Positions 1 to 9,281 of a stretch of 46,947 bases of DNA are shown here, piece after piece. Source of the stretch: a virus. Its lineage: Duplodnaviria > Caudoviricetes. The DNA lies in the IMG/VR virus record IMGVR_UViG_3300034147_000130, positions 1 to 46,947 of that record; one strand, given 5' to 3'. Each line of letters starts with the position of its first letter. The stretch's first letter is position 1. The notes beneath the pieces are model-generated. The model was not told where the DNA came from and ran no database searches. It worked only from the letters and a program-made list of their open reading frames with translations. The position numbers were made by a program, and so were the translations under genes.

Positions 1-192
1 AGTAACCCCGCCCACCTGGTGGGGGGCACCTACGCCGACAACAATCGAGACATGGGAGCGAAGGGGCGCCACCCCGTCCACGTCAACGAGGCCCACCGCG
101 AGCGGAACAACGCTCGCCTGCGGGCCATGGCCCAGGGCGCCGCTCGGAAGCGCTGGGGTCACGCTGACACCGCCTCTTCGACCACGGCCTGA
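1..192 (+). CDS. HNH homing endonuclease, 3' part (truncated at window edge)
   Basis: Not in the ORF track. Frame 1 reads SNPAHLVGGTYADNNRDMGAKGRH...TGA(190-192), the typical HNH_3 C-terminal 'NPxHL..GT..DN..D' motif also present in the other two HNH genes. Overlaps the tail fibre 3' end convergently. Confidence 0.8.
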   Translation, partial: SNPAHLVGGTYADNNRDMGAKGRHPVHVNEAHRERNNARLRAMAQGAARKRWGHADTASSTTA

Positions 193-1283
193 GTGACCGG
201 GATGATGGGCTTGCCGACCGACTGCCAGGTCGCCATGGGATGCGTGTGCCCCGTGGCCCCGCTGCCCATCTGCCCCTCCAGCGCCGCCACCTTGGCCTCC
301 AGCGCGGTGATGCGGGCCAGGGCGGCGTCGTAGGTGGCCTTCGTGGGGGCGCTGCTGTAGAAGCCGTTGGCCCGCCACTCCAGGGTCTGGTTGGCGTCAG
401 GAGAGAGAGCCACCGCCTTGCTGGCGACCACCAGGCCGGTCAGCACGTCGGCGTCCGTCGTCCATAGCTTGCGCCAGCGGGCCGTCGAGGCCCCCACGTC
501 GTTGGTGGCGGGGTCGTTGGGGATGGGCGACCCCCCGACGAAGAGCGCCGACCCCCCGACGTTGGACTGCAACTTCACGCCCCGGGAGGCCCCGCTGCCG
601 ATCCACACCGCCCCGGCGTCGTCCACAGCGAAGCGGGGGTAGGTGCCCCCGTAGGTGATCCGCAGGGGGTCACCCGCCCCGGCCGTCTTGCTGATCGTGA
701 GGTCGCCCGTCATGGTGTCCCCGGCAACGTCAACGAACCGTCCGTCCGCCTGGGCCTTCGTCCAGTAGTTGGAGAGGTCGGTCGGGGGCGGGGTGTAGCC
801 GATGGGCAGGTACAACAGGTCACCCTCGGCCTGGGTCAGGAAGGCCGTATCTGCCTGGGCCTTCGTGTAGTAGTTGGCAAGCGCCGCATCGATCATCGCC
901 TGCACCGCCGGGGTCTGGAGGTACTGGCTGTGGGGGTTGGCGGCGGCCAGGTGGTCGGTGCCCCACTGGGTGCGGAGGTAGTCGATCAGGCCCCCGCTGT
1001 CCGTCGCCTCGTGGGTGTGGGGGGCCAGCCCGCTGGACGCGCCCCAGCGCAGATCGCCCTCCTCGGTGGTGACGTAGACGGTGTGCGGGTCCTCCTTGGC
1101 CTCGTGGGCGGCGATCCCGTCGTCCACCAGGGCCTGGGCGCCCTCGGGGGTGATGCCCGCCACGTTGCCCAGGGCGAGTTCGTAGATGGCGTCCCACATC
1201 GCCGCCGGGCGCACCGAAGCGGCTCCTGGTCGGCTGTAGACGCCCGGGTCGCGGCTGCGGGTGCCCGGCGGTGGCCCGCTCAT
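159..1283 (-). CDS. Tail fibre / receptor-binding protein
   Basis: Fibre motifs HxxxxxPH (HEAKEDPH, HLAAANPHSQY), repeated Y[YW]TKAQAD, GDTMTGDL, and a C-terminal heptad LARITALEAKVAALEG. Last gene of the tail module. Confidence 0.75.
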   Translation of the reverse strand: MSGPPPGTRSRDPGVYSRPGAASVRPAAMWDAIYELALGNVAGITPEGAQALVDDGIAAHEAKEDPHTVYVTTEEGDLRWGASSGLAPHTHEATDSGGLIDYLRTQWGTDHLAAANPHSQYLQTPAVQAMIDAALANYYTKAQADTAFLTQAEGDLLYLPIGYTPPPTDLSNYWTKAQADGRFVDVAGDTMTGDLTISKTAGAGDPLRITYGGTYPRFAVDDAGAVWIGSGASRGVKLQSNVGGSALFVGGSPIPNDPATNDVGASTARWRKLWTTDADVLTGLVVASKAVALSPDANQTLEWRANGFYSSAPTKATYDAALARITALEAKVAALEGQMGSGATGHTHPMATWQSVGKPIIPVTQAVVEEAVSA

Positions 1284-3280
1284 GCCGCCCCCGCTAGCTG
1301 GACCTCAAGAGCCTCGATGCGCTGCAGAGCGTTCTGGAGGGCACAGGCGACCACGGCCAGGTCGGCCCCGTCGCTGCGGTTCTTGCGATCCTCCAGACCA
1401 AAGAGGTCGTGGACCCTGTAGGTCTCGTGGCCCAGGGCGTAACCCTTCTGCTTGCGGTGGACGGCCGTCTCCTCGACGGCTTTGGCGTGGTTGGAGCGCG
1501 CCTCGACCTCCCGCTGCGCCTTCAGGGCGGCCGCCTCCTTGGCTGTCTGCGCCCCCACTCCCGCCTCGACCGCAGCCTTCGCGTCCTTGTCGCTCAGGGC
1601 CTTGGGCGCGGGCGGGTCGGGCATCCCCCGCTCCTGCGCGTACTGCGGGGCCTTGTAGCTGTAGGAGAGCCAGTCGGTGCCCAGCACAGCCTCGGCGCAG
1701 GACGCCCCGTCGAGCGGGGCGAAGTCCTCCTTCAGGGACGCCTCCGACCCCACTACCGGGGCCGAAGAAAAGTACGCCGTAACCCAGCGGTAGCTGGGGT
1801 GCCCGAAGTACATGGTGGCGTCCGCGCCGGGGTGGACGTAGCCCACACAAGTGATGATCGTGCTGGTGTTCATCGACCCGACGCTGAGCGCCCCGCCGGG
1901 GGCGGCCAGGTTCAGGGTGGAGGCCCCGGTGAGGTTGTTGGAGTAGACGTTCAGCCAGGCGTTGGACGGCGCCCCGCAGGTAATCGATAACTGCCCGGCG
2001 GGCAGGAGCGTCTCGTCCAGGTACAGCCCGACCAGGGAGTAGATGGTGCGCCAGACGGTGGTGCCCGTGGGCAGCCGACGCCAGCGCAGGTGCCCGCTGG
2101 GGTCCATGATGATGTCGGCCACGTCGTTGAAGTTGAAGAGTTGGGTGTTGGACGCGGCGGCGGCCCGGAAGCCGTTGGCGTGGACGGCCAGCCACTTGAG
2201 GGTGGTCGCCCCGAGATTGGTGACACCGTCCCGGGCGGGAGTGACGTAGTTGCCCCCGCTGTCCAACTCCAGCGACCCGGAGGCGTAGAGGCGGGCGTTG
2301 GACGCGGTGGACGTGCCCTCCGTGATCCAGAAGCGTTGCGCCTGTCCGGCCATCTGGCAGACCAGGGCGGCCGTCCCGCTTGGGTTGGCGATGTTGAGGG
2401 CGGCCGTCGCCCCCGCGTCCTGGGCGAGGTTGATCTGGCCGGTGTTGGTGATCCCCATCCGCAGGGCGATGTCGGCCGTCGAGGTCTGCGCCCGGGTGAA
2501 GAAGTTGATGTCCGCCCCGACGACCGCGCCCGTCCCCACCCGCTGGACCTGCATCACGGCCAGCATCTTCTCGCCCACCGTCAACTGGTCGTCAATGAAG
2601 GAGATACGTCCGGCCAGGGTGGCCCCGGTGTACCCCGCCCCCCGATTAGAGAACTCGATCACGGCTGCGCCTGAGGGCGGGGCGCCGGCCAGGGAGAGGA
2701 AGGAGTTGGTGGCGGTGAGTCCGGCGGGCATGGCCGCGAGGGTGCCCACCGCGATCCCGCTGGGCACCCGCAGCGCGTTGGCCGCGAGGCGGGCGATGAA
2801 GGCGTCCGACGCCCCGCTCGGCTTGGCCCCGAACCCGAGGGTGTCTCGGACGACGGGGTCGGTCAGGATCACCCCCGACGCCCCGCTCTCCCGGAGCAGC
2901 AGCCCGGTGCCCTTCGTCCCGGTGGTGATCGCCGCCCCGTCCAGGACGCCGGCGCTGGCCGCGTCGAGGTGGGTGTGCTGGGCGTTCGTCCAGCCGTTGA
3001 TGGTGGGGTTGTTGATGATCGGGGCGGTCAGGGTCTTGTTGGTCAGGGTGGCCGCCACATCCGCCGTGATGGCGTTGTCCAGGGTCACCATGTTGTCGTT
3101 GAGGACGAGGATGTCGGCGGCGTCGACGTACTGGGGCATCTTCAGCCCCAGCTTGGGTGTGGCCTGCACCGTCAGGGGCGTGATCGTGGGCGGGGGCGCC
3201 AGGGGCTGCGCCGACGCCATCCCGGCGGCGATGGCCTCCTGGATCGCGGCGATGACCTCGGGGGAGAGTTCTCCGGCCAC
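1280..3280 (-). CDS. Tail fibre/spike with C-terminal intramolecular chaperone (peptidase S74-like)
   Basis: N-terminal TPKLGLKMP...D...NDN...LD anchor, TLTNKTLTAP repeat, C-terminal SEASLKEDF...WLSYSYK followed by coiled coil LQNALQRIEALE. Confidence 0.8.
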   Translation of the reverse strand: MAGELSPEVIAAIQEAIAAGMASAQPLAPPPTITPLTVQATPKLGLKMPQYVDAADILVLNDNMVTLDNAITADVAATLTNKTLTAPIINNPTINGWTNAQHTHLDAASAGVLDGAAITTGTKGTGLLLRESGASGVILTDPVVRDTLGFGAKPSGASDAFIARLAANALRVPSGIAVGTLAAMPAGLTATNSFLSLAGAPPSGAAVIEFSNRGAGYTGATLAGRISFIDDQLTVGEKMLAVMQVQRVGTGAVVGADINFFTRAQTSTADIALRMGITNTGQINLAQDAGATAALNIANPSGTAALVCQMAGQAQRFWITEGTSTASNARLYASGSLELDSGGNYVTPARDGVTNLGATTLKWLAVHANGFRAAAASNTQLFNFNDVADIIMDPSGHLRWRRLPTGTTVWRTIYSLVGLYLDETLLPAGQLSITCGAPSNAWLNVYSNNLTGASTLNLAAPGGALSVGSMNTSTIITCVGYVHPGADATMYFGHPSYRWVTAYFSSAPVVGSEASLKEDFAPLDGASCAEAVLGTDWLSYSYKAPQYAQERGMPDPPAPKALSDKDAKAAVEAGVGAQTAKEAAALKAQREVEARSNHAKAVEETAVHRKQKGYALGHETYRVHDLFGLEDRKNRSDGADLAVVACALQNALQRIEALEVQLAGAA

Positions 3281-3301
3281 GGCTGTCTCCTCGCGCTCGC
3301 T

Positions 3302-5482
3302 CTAGCTCAGGTTCAGGACCTGGCTCCACGTCATGTTGCGCACGTCGCCCCAGCGGTAGAGGAAGACCGACCCCCAGGTGCCCTGGTCGCGGGCCAACTG
3401 CTCCATGCAGACCACGTCGACCAGCAGGGGCACCTCGCCGGAGTAGCCGGCCTCGCCCCCGCCCGAGGCCCGCAGGGCCACCCCGTCGATGGGCACGCTG
3501 ACATCGTAGGACAGGCCCCACAGGTCGATCAGGCCCACCCCGCCGGAGGCCCCGGTGAGTTGGCGCAGGGCCAGCAGGGCGGCGTCGGGGGTGAGGGGGG
3601 AGGCCCAGCCGGACTGCCCGCTGGCGCTGTAGGCGCCCGAGGACAGGTCGAGGGTGAGTTCGTGGCGCCAGATGGGGGTGGGGCGCAGGTCGTACTCGGC
3701 GGTCACGGCGTAGACCTGGGGCGTCGTAGTCGCGTCGGTCGTCTCCAGGCGCAGGGCCACGTCGAAGCCCCGGCCGTAGCGGGGCGGCTCCAGCCGGTTG
3801 CGCGCCCCCACCCCGGAGCGCTGGATCAGGCCCTCCTCGTAGCCGAACGGCGGGGGCGCCGTGGGGTCGTAGAGGTTGGTGTCCAGCTTCCAGCGCAAGC
3901 GCAGGCTCTGGGCGACGGTGTTGGTGTAGCCGTCCAGGGTGCGCTCCAGGGGGGCGCACAGGGGCGTCAGGGCGTACCACGCCTTGTTGATGGCCGGGAA
4001 GCGGGCCAGCAGGCGGGAGTAGTAGATCGTGCCCGCCGGCGCGTAGGGGTAGCCGGGGTCGATCCGGGGGTCGCGCCCCAGGCCCGGCAGGCGGTAGGCC
4101 GCCGGAACGAACTGCACCGAGGCGCTGGGCGGGGTGGTGGTGTTGGGCTGCAATTGGCGGTCGTAGACCAGGTAGGGCGGGCGCCCACCGGGGGCGTCGT
4201 CGTCGGTCGTGCCCAGGGGCCGGGGGCGCACCACGCCCATGGCCCGGCAGCGGGCGTGGTCGGCCTGCTGGCTCCAGGGGAACCAGGAGATGTTGGCGAC
4301 CCCGCCCCCGGAGATTTCGACGTTGGCCTTGTAGACCCAGGACGGACCTGACGGGGCCTCGCGGAAGGCGTACAGGTTGTGGGCGTCGCCGGCGACGGCC
4401 ACCATCGGCCCGCGCGGCGCCCGGGGGGCCAGGCTTGAGGTCTCGCTCTCGGACGGCCCCACCTTCTGCAGCCCGAAGCCCGGCCCGATGGCGTACAGCC
4501 CGTCCGAGGTGGGGAGCCACAGCACCCCCCGCCAGACGGTCACCCCCAGGGAGTAGATGCGGGCGCCGGCCAACTCCGGGAAGAGCAACTCCTCCATGCT
4601 CCGGCGGTCGCTGGTCAGCAGGTAGAGGCCCTCGCCGTTCTTGATGGCCAGGACGCGCCCGCTGAAGCTCACCAGGCGGGAGATGGGGACGCCCACGTCC
4701 CCGATGGGGTCGATCACCCCGAACAGGGTCGGCGCCGGCCCGCCGTCGTCAAAGACCGCCACCATGGCGTCCCCGTTGCGGGGGGAGCGCATGGCGACCA
4801 CCGCCTCGCCGTCCACCTCGACCATGCTCTGGCAGTTGCCCAGCCCGCCCAGCCCCCCGGCGAGCGCCCAGGTGGCCCCGTCGTCGTCCGAGTAGGCCGG
4901 CAGGGCGTCGTAGCCCAGGGGCTGATAGAGGTACTGGTCGTCCTGGGAGCCGGTGAAGGGCATCACCGGGCCGGTGGCGGTGTGCCCCACCCCGAAGTCG
5001 CCCCGCAAGGCCATGGTCGTGCCGTCGAAGGTGTAGAAGTTCCGCCCGGCGGACAGGTAGGCCAGGTCGCTGGCCTCCTGGAAGACGCCCACCAGGGCGC
5101 CGGCGGGGGCCGCGCCGGAGACCGGCAGGGGGCGCAGCCGGCCGGAGAGGATGGTCGGCCCGCCGGGCGTCAGGCTGGGGTCGACCCCCTCGCCCTCGAA
5201 GTCGCCCGCCCGGTCGTAGCGGGTCAGTTCGCCGGTCAGGGGCTGCTGGGCCATCCCCGCCCCGCCGGACAGGTCGCGCAGGGAGAACGGCAGCCGGCCG
5301 TCCGGGGAGACCTGGGCCTCGCCCATGTCCCCCTGACTCACCTGGGCGGGGTAGAAGGGGGCCGGGCGCTGGCGGTAGAGGTAGGCCCCCTTGTTGTCCA
5401 CGGCCAACTGGAAAGCCAGGCCGTTGAGCACGACCGCCCCCGGCTGGACGAGCATCCCCCCGCTCTGCCCGTTGCTAGACAT
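3302..5482 (-). CDS. Putative tail nozzle / stabilisation protein (beta-propeller-like)
   Basis: 726 aa, beta-rich, placed between adaptor and fibres as in podovirus tails. Assignment is positional. Confidence 0.55.
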   Translation of the reverse strand: MSSNGQSGGMLVQPGAVVLNGLAFQLAVDNKGAYLYRQRPAPFYPAQVSQGDMGEAQVSPDGRLPFSLRDLSGGAGMAQQPLTGELTRYDRAGDFEGEGVDPSLTPGGPTILSGRLRPLPVSGAAPAGALVGVFQEASDLAYLSAGRNFYTFDGTTMALRGDFGVGHTATGPVMPFTGSQDDQYLYQPLGYDALPAYSDDDGATWALAGGLGGLGNCQSMVEVDGEAVVAMRSPRNGDAMVAVFDDGGPAPTLFGVIDPIGDVGVPISRLVSFSGRVLAIKNGEGLYLLTSDRRSMEELLFPELAGARIYSLGVTVWRGVLWLPTSDGLYAIGPGFGLQKVGPSESETSSLAPRAPRGPMVAVAGDAHNLYAFREAPSGPSWVYKANVEISGGGVANISWFPWSQQADHARCRAMGVVRPRPLGTTDDDAPGGRPPYLVYDRQLQPNTTTPPSASVQFVPAAYRLPGLGRDPRIDPGYPYAPAGTIYYSRLLARFPAINKAWYALTPLCAPLERTLDGYTNTVAQSLRLRWKLDTNLYDPTAPPPFGYEEGLIQRSGVGARNRLEPPRYGRGFDVALRLETTDATTTPQVYAVTAEYDLRPTPIWRHELTLDLSSGAYSASGQSGWASPLTPDAALLALRQLTGASGGVGLIDLWGLSYDVSVPIDGVALRASGGGEAGYSGEVPLLVDVVCMEQLARDQGTWGSVFLYRWGDVRNMTWSQVLNLS

Positions 5483-5493
5483 CGCGCCCTCGG

Positions 5494-5811
5494 TCAGTCA
5501 AGCTCGAACCCCACCGTCAGGACGCCGGCGCCGGTGAGCTTGGCGTACAGGCCGACCAGGAAGGGCAGGGAGACGGGCACCTTGGGCCAGTCGTCGGCCC
5601 CGGCGGCGGCGGTGGCCAGGCCCAGGGCCGGGGGGTCGGTCTCGGCGTCCCCGTCGTAGAGCACGGCCGAGAGCGCGCCGGCGCCGGCCAGGCGGGCGTA
5701 GTACAGCCGGCCCGGCCGGGCGAAGACGACCCCCGAGGCGGTCAGCGTCTTCCAGCGCAGCGCCCGGCTGGCCTGGCGCGCCGCGGTGACCGGGTCGCGC
5801 CCCTGGCTCAC
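5494..5811 (-). CDS. Small virion structural protein (105 aa)
   Basis: GTG at 5811 overlaps the upstream TGA (GTGA) and has GGAG upstream. Corresponds to the beta-rich C-terminal part of track ORF 5494..6417. Confidence 0.6.
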   Translation of the reverse strand: MSQGRDPVTAARQASRALRWKTLTASGVVFARPGRLYYARLAGAGALSAVLYDGDAETDPPALGLATAAAGADDWPKVPVSLPFLVGLYAKLTGAGVLTVGFELD

Positions 5812-6827
5812 GCGCTGCTCCAGTCCACCGTGCCGTAGGGCCACCAGTCGTCTTCGTAACCGAGTGTTCTCCCGACTTCTCTGACGCCCCACTCGCTGCA
5901 CGCCTGGGCGTACTGGCGGGCGCAGCGCTCCAGGTTCTGGAGCCACAACTGGCGGGGCTGGCCGGTGAGGTTGGTCAGCTTCTGCTGGAGCGAGCGCCAG
6001 GTCACCCCCAGCACGAACAGGCGCACCGGGGGCGTCAGGGCCGGGTCGCCGGTCAGCGGGTCCTGCCCGGAGGCCCAGAGCACGCTGTGCATCTGGGTGT
6101 AGGGCGTGCCGGTCTCGTAGGCGAACGGGGGCCTGGCCCGGAAGAGAATCTGCTGGCTCTGGGACAGGGGCTTGCTCAGCACCAGGTACAGGTCGCCCTG
6201 CACGTTGCTGGGGTTGACGTGATACCAGCGCACCGAGCGGGCCTCGGGCGAGGTGTAGGCTACCGTCGCCGGGCCGATCAGCACCTCGGAGAGCCAGCCG
6301 GCCCGCTTGATCGGGTCGGGCACCGGGTAGCGCAGGGTGTCGCCGTCCGAGTAGGCCACGTACACGTCGAGGGGGTAGTGGATGTTGCGGGCCGTCTCGT
6401 TCAGCCACTTCAGCCACTGCGCCCAGCGGTAGTCCCGGAACAGGATGTAGCGGTCGCCGGCGTTGGGCACGTAGGCCAGTGGGGGCGCCCAGCGGATCGT
6501 GCCGCTCTCGCCGTCCGTCGCCTGGATGAAGCGCTCCTGCCCGGCGTTCCCTGGCGTACCCGGCGCCGGCGCCGGGTACGTCCCGCCCCCGGGCATGGGG
6601 CCACCGCCCCCGGGGTCAAGGAACAGGCACCACGAGCGGCGCCAGGACTGGTCGCCCCGGGCCGTGAACAGGGCCAGGTCTTGCACGCTGGTGGGCGCGC
6701 CGGAGGCGACGACGCCCTCGTGCAGGGCCATGTCCCCCAGCAGGGGGTTGCCGGCGGCCTGCAGCACCAGAGCCAGGGCGTCGTACGCCTGGGCCTCGGC
6801 GGGGATCACCGGCGTGACGGGAGTCAC
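5808..6827 (-). CDS. Putative head-tail adaptor
   Basis: 339 aa with helical N- and C-terminal segments (WLKWLNETARNI; LFVLGVTWRSL); lies after the capsid genes and before the nozzle. Confidence 0.55.
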   Translation of the reverse strand: MTPVTPVIPAEAQAYDALALVLQAAGNPLLGDMALHEGVVASGAPTSVQDLALFTARGDQSWRRSWCLFLDPGGGGPMPGGGTYPAPAPGTPGNAGQERFIQATDGESGTIRWAPPLAYVPNAGDRYILFRDYRWAQWLKWLNETARNIHYPLDVYVAYSDGDTLRYPVPDPIKRAGWLSEVLIGPATVAYTSPEARSVRWYHVNPSNVQGDLYLVLSKPLSQSQQILFRARPPFAYETGTPYTQMHSVLWASGQDPLTGDPALTPPVRLFVLGVTWRSLQQKLTNLTGQPRQLWLQNLERCARQYAQACSEWGVREVGRTLGYEDDWWPYGTVDWSSA

Positions 6828-7747
6828 CGCAGGGCCTCCTGCACCGCCGCCTCCTCGGCCTCAAGCTCGGCGGCCAGGGCCTGCGCGCCCTCGGCGTCCG
6901 CGTCGGTCGTCTGGAAGCGCCCGCTGCGCAGGTAGTGCTCCAGGTCGACCGGGCCACGGGCGTAGTAGGTCAGGTGCCCCACCAAGCAGCCCCGGTCCAT
7001 GAAGATGCCCGGCTCCCGGCGCTCGCCGGCGGTGTAGTGGCCGTCCAAGAAGGCCGGGTCGAAGCCGGTGTACCCCGCCTTCAGGATGCGCCGGCTGAAG
7101 CTCAGGTCCTCCCCGCCGTGCTCCCAGTCGAAGTAGCGGTCGCCCGGGCCGGGGTCGAGGCGCTGGGCGCACTCCTGGGAGAGGCAGACCATGCCCGTGC
7201 CCACCCCGTCGCAGGCTAGCAGGGCGGTGTCCAGCCCCCGGCGCACCTCGTCGGGGATGTCGCCCATCCGAGGCTCGTGGGGCGGGTTGCGGGACAGCAC
7301 GCCGGTCGCGCCGGGCAGGCGCCAGTCCGCCGGGTCGTACTGGGACAGGTAGGCCCACACCTCCTCGGAGAGCGGGGCGTAGTAGTGCTTGCCCCCGTCC
7401 GGCCCGTCCTCGAAGCGCTCGTAGGCGTAGGCCACCGGCACCGGCTTGCCCACCCGGGTGACGATCATGGCCGAGACGTAGGGCACCGCCCAGGAGACCA
7501 GCCGGGGCACGCAGTCCGGGTGGAAGACCTGGTCGCTGTCGATCATCACCAGGTAGTCGTGGCCGCCCCGCAGGAAGTGGCGCACGAGCATATCCCGGGC
7601 GAGGTGGACGGCCGCGTTGGGCACGGCCACCACGTCCAGGTCGAGCGTCTTGCGGTGGTGCTCCTGGAGCAGCCCCACCACGCTCTGGTAGAAGGCGCCG
7701 GCGACCTGGCCGACGTACGGGACGCCGACCAGCACTCGTGGCAACAA
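6824..7747 (-). CDS. Glycosyltransferase (GT-A / GT2-like)
   Basis: RVLVGVP first strand, ARDMLV..FL, DYLVMIDSD (DxD), GVGTGMVCL, GEDLSFS, and terminal GH motif. Confidence 0.8.
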   Translation of the reverse strand: MLPRVLVGVPYVGQVAGAFYQSVVGLLQEHHRKTLDLDVVAVPNAAVHLARDMLVRHFLRGGHDYLVMIDSDQVFHPDCVPRLVSWAVPYVSAMIVTRVGKPVPVAYAYERFEDGPDGGKHYYAPLSEEVWAYLSQYDPADWRLPGATGVLSRNPPHEPRMGDIPDEVRRGLDTALLACDGVGTGMVCLSQECAQRLDPGPGDRYFDWEHGGEDLSFSRRILKAGYTGFDPAFLDGHYTAGERREPGIFMDRGCLVGHLTYYARGPVDLEHYLRSGRFQTTDADAEGAQALAAELEAEEAAVQEALR

Positions 7748-7764
7748 CCGCTAATCCTCGAGGG

Positions 7765-8142
7765 TTAGCCGGCGGCCATCTCGGGCGCGGAGCGGGACGC
7801 CGGCATCAGGGCGACGGTCACTCCGGTGGCGACGGCACCGGCGAGGACGCCCCGCACGTAGCGCCGGCGGGTGATGAAGCGCAGGCCGGCCTCCTGGCTC
7901 TCGGCGGCGGCCCCCACCTGGATGTCCCCGCTGGCGATCTGGCGCCAGTTGGTGTTGTCGAACGACCCCTCCAGGGTGAGGGACAGGGTGGCCGTGGCCG
8001 CGGCGGCGGCCCAGAAGAGGCGGGCCACCAGGGGGTGGGTGATGGGGGTGCCCCCCATGCCGATGTCCACGCTCGGGCTGGTGATGGCGATGACCGTGGC
8101 GGCCTGGTTCGTGAACAGGATCAGGTTCTTGTCGGCTGGCAT
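7765..8142 (-). CDS. Capsid cement/decoration protein (Bbp16-like)
   Basis: MPADKNLILFTNQA...SVDIG start, LEGSFDNTNW, RRYVRG. Small beta-rich protein directly after the major capsid gene, as in BPP-1. Confidence 0.7.
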   Translation of the reverse strand: MPADKNLILFTNQAATVIAITSPSVDIGMGGTPITHPLVARLFWAAAAATATLSLTLEGSFDNTNWRQIASGDIQVGAAAESQEAGLRFITRRRYVRGVLAGAVATGVTVALMPASRSAPEMAAG

Positions 8143-8201
8143 GACGTTTTCCCTCTTTCGGGTGGTTCGCCTAGCGCGTGTAGACGATTGGCGGATTTTC
8201 T

Positions 8202-8239
8202 CGGGATATGGAATGGGGGAATCTGCGCTCCCCCACCCG
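8202..8239 (-). terminator. Hairpin after major capsid gene (terminator/attenuator-like)
   Basis: Minus strand TGGGGGAG-CGCAGA-TTCCCCCA followed by TTCCATAT, about 11 nt after the MCP stop. The U-tract is weak. Confidence 0.45.
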
Positions 8240-8246
8240 GTTCAGA

Positions 8247-9239
8247 CTACAGGACGGCCTGCACCCCCTGGACGCGGGCCAGGCTGCGGACGTGCCACGA
8301 GGCGAGGCCCGGCGACCAGTCGACGCGGGTGCGCATCACCGGCTCGGTCTGCAGTTCGCCCAAGTCACGAACGTCAAGGGCCTCTTTTTCCCACCCGTGA
8401 AAATGCGTCCTCACCCCCGTCTTGGCCCAGTAGACGGAGGTGCAGTTGGTCTGCCCGCCGAACGCCTCGGCGTCGTTGATGATCGGGGTGACCTGGTCGG
8501 CCTTCACGCCCACGTCGTAGATCGGACAGTCGCGGAACGTGTAGACGATCCGCTCGTACTGGTCGCGCGTGATGCTGAACAACTGCTCGCGCCGGAAGGC
8601 GCTCTCCAGGGCCAGCAGCAGGGTCTTGTTGCAGTAGCCGGCGTCGGGGCGCTTCCCGTCCAGGAAGTACATGGAGCGGTTGAAGGCGTCCAGCACGGCG
8701 TGACGGTTCAGGGAGGTGGCGGTCGGGCCGAACGGGGTGGCGACGCCACCCGGGGCGAGCAGGGCGTCGCCCAGTCCGGTGGCCGGGTCGGCCACGTCGT
8801 TGATGCGGGTGCGGATGCCCGCCGGCGCGTTGGCCAGGGCGACGCCGCCGGCGCCGATCCACGGGCCATTGATGGCCGCCTCGTTGAACTCGTAGGTGAG
8901 CGTCTTCAACTCGGTCTCGGTCATCAGGACGCGGGGGTCCTCGAACTGGCCGTCCAGGTTCTCCAGGCCCTTGGGGATATCGATATCCCTGCCGAGCTTG
9001 AAGACCGTCTCCTCGACCTGCTCAAGCTGCGCGGTCGACTTGCCGTAGGCTTCCCCGATGGCGACCCAGCCCGGTTTGGTCAGGCTGGTGCGGACCTGCC
9101 GGGTCATGGAGATGCCCAGCCGGTTGACGGTGAAGAAGGGGATGCTGGCCATGATGTTCGACTCCAGCCAGAACATCATCAGCACCCCCATCCGCAGGGG
9201 GTCTTTCTCGTTGAGCGCTGCCTGGGCGATGGTCCACAC
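8247..9239 (-). CDS. Major capsid protein (BPP-1/epsilon15-like HK97 fold)
   Basis: 330 aa. Motifs GV...F..ES.I...IPF, LGRDIDI, TSVYW, and LDVRDLGEL...RTRVDW..GLA...SLARVQGV; GGGAG RBS. Confidence 0.85.
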   Translation of the reverse strand: MWTIAQAALNEKDPLRMGVLMMFWLESNIMASIPFFTVNRLGISMTRQVRTSLTKPGWVAIGEAYGKSTAQLEQVEETVFKLGRDIDIPKGLENLDGQFEDPRVLMTETELKTLTYEFNEAAINGPWIGAGGVALANAPAGIRTRINDVADPATGLGDALLAPGGVATPFGPTATSLNRHAVLDAFNRSMYFLDGKRPDAGYCNKTLLLALESAFRREQLFSITRDQYERIVYTFRDCPIYDVGVKADQVTPIINDAEAFGGQTNCTSVYWAKTGVRTHFHGWEKEALDVRDLGELQTEPVMRTRVDWSPGLASWHVRSLARVQGVQAVL

Positions 9240-9281
9240 GGCCGGTTACTCCCTCACAAGGGGGGCACCGGCCGTCCGGGA

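Noticed and set aside
159-3280. Diversity-generating retroelement acting on tail fibres (BPP-1-like capsid prompted the check)
   Set aside because: No reverse transcriptase or TR/VR repeat pair seen in this window.
8100-8249. Stop read-through fusing MCP to cement protein
   Set aside because: Read-through of the TAG is out of frame with the cement gene and ends at a TGA after about 41 codons.
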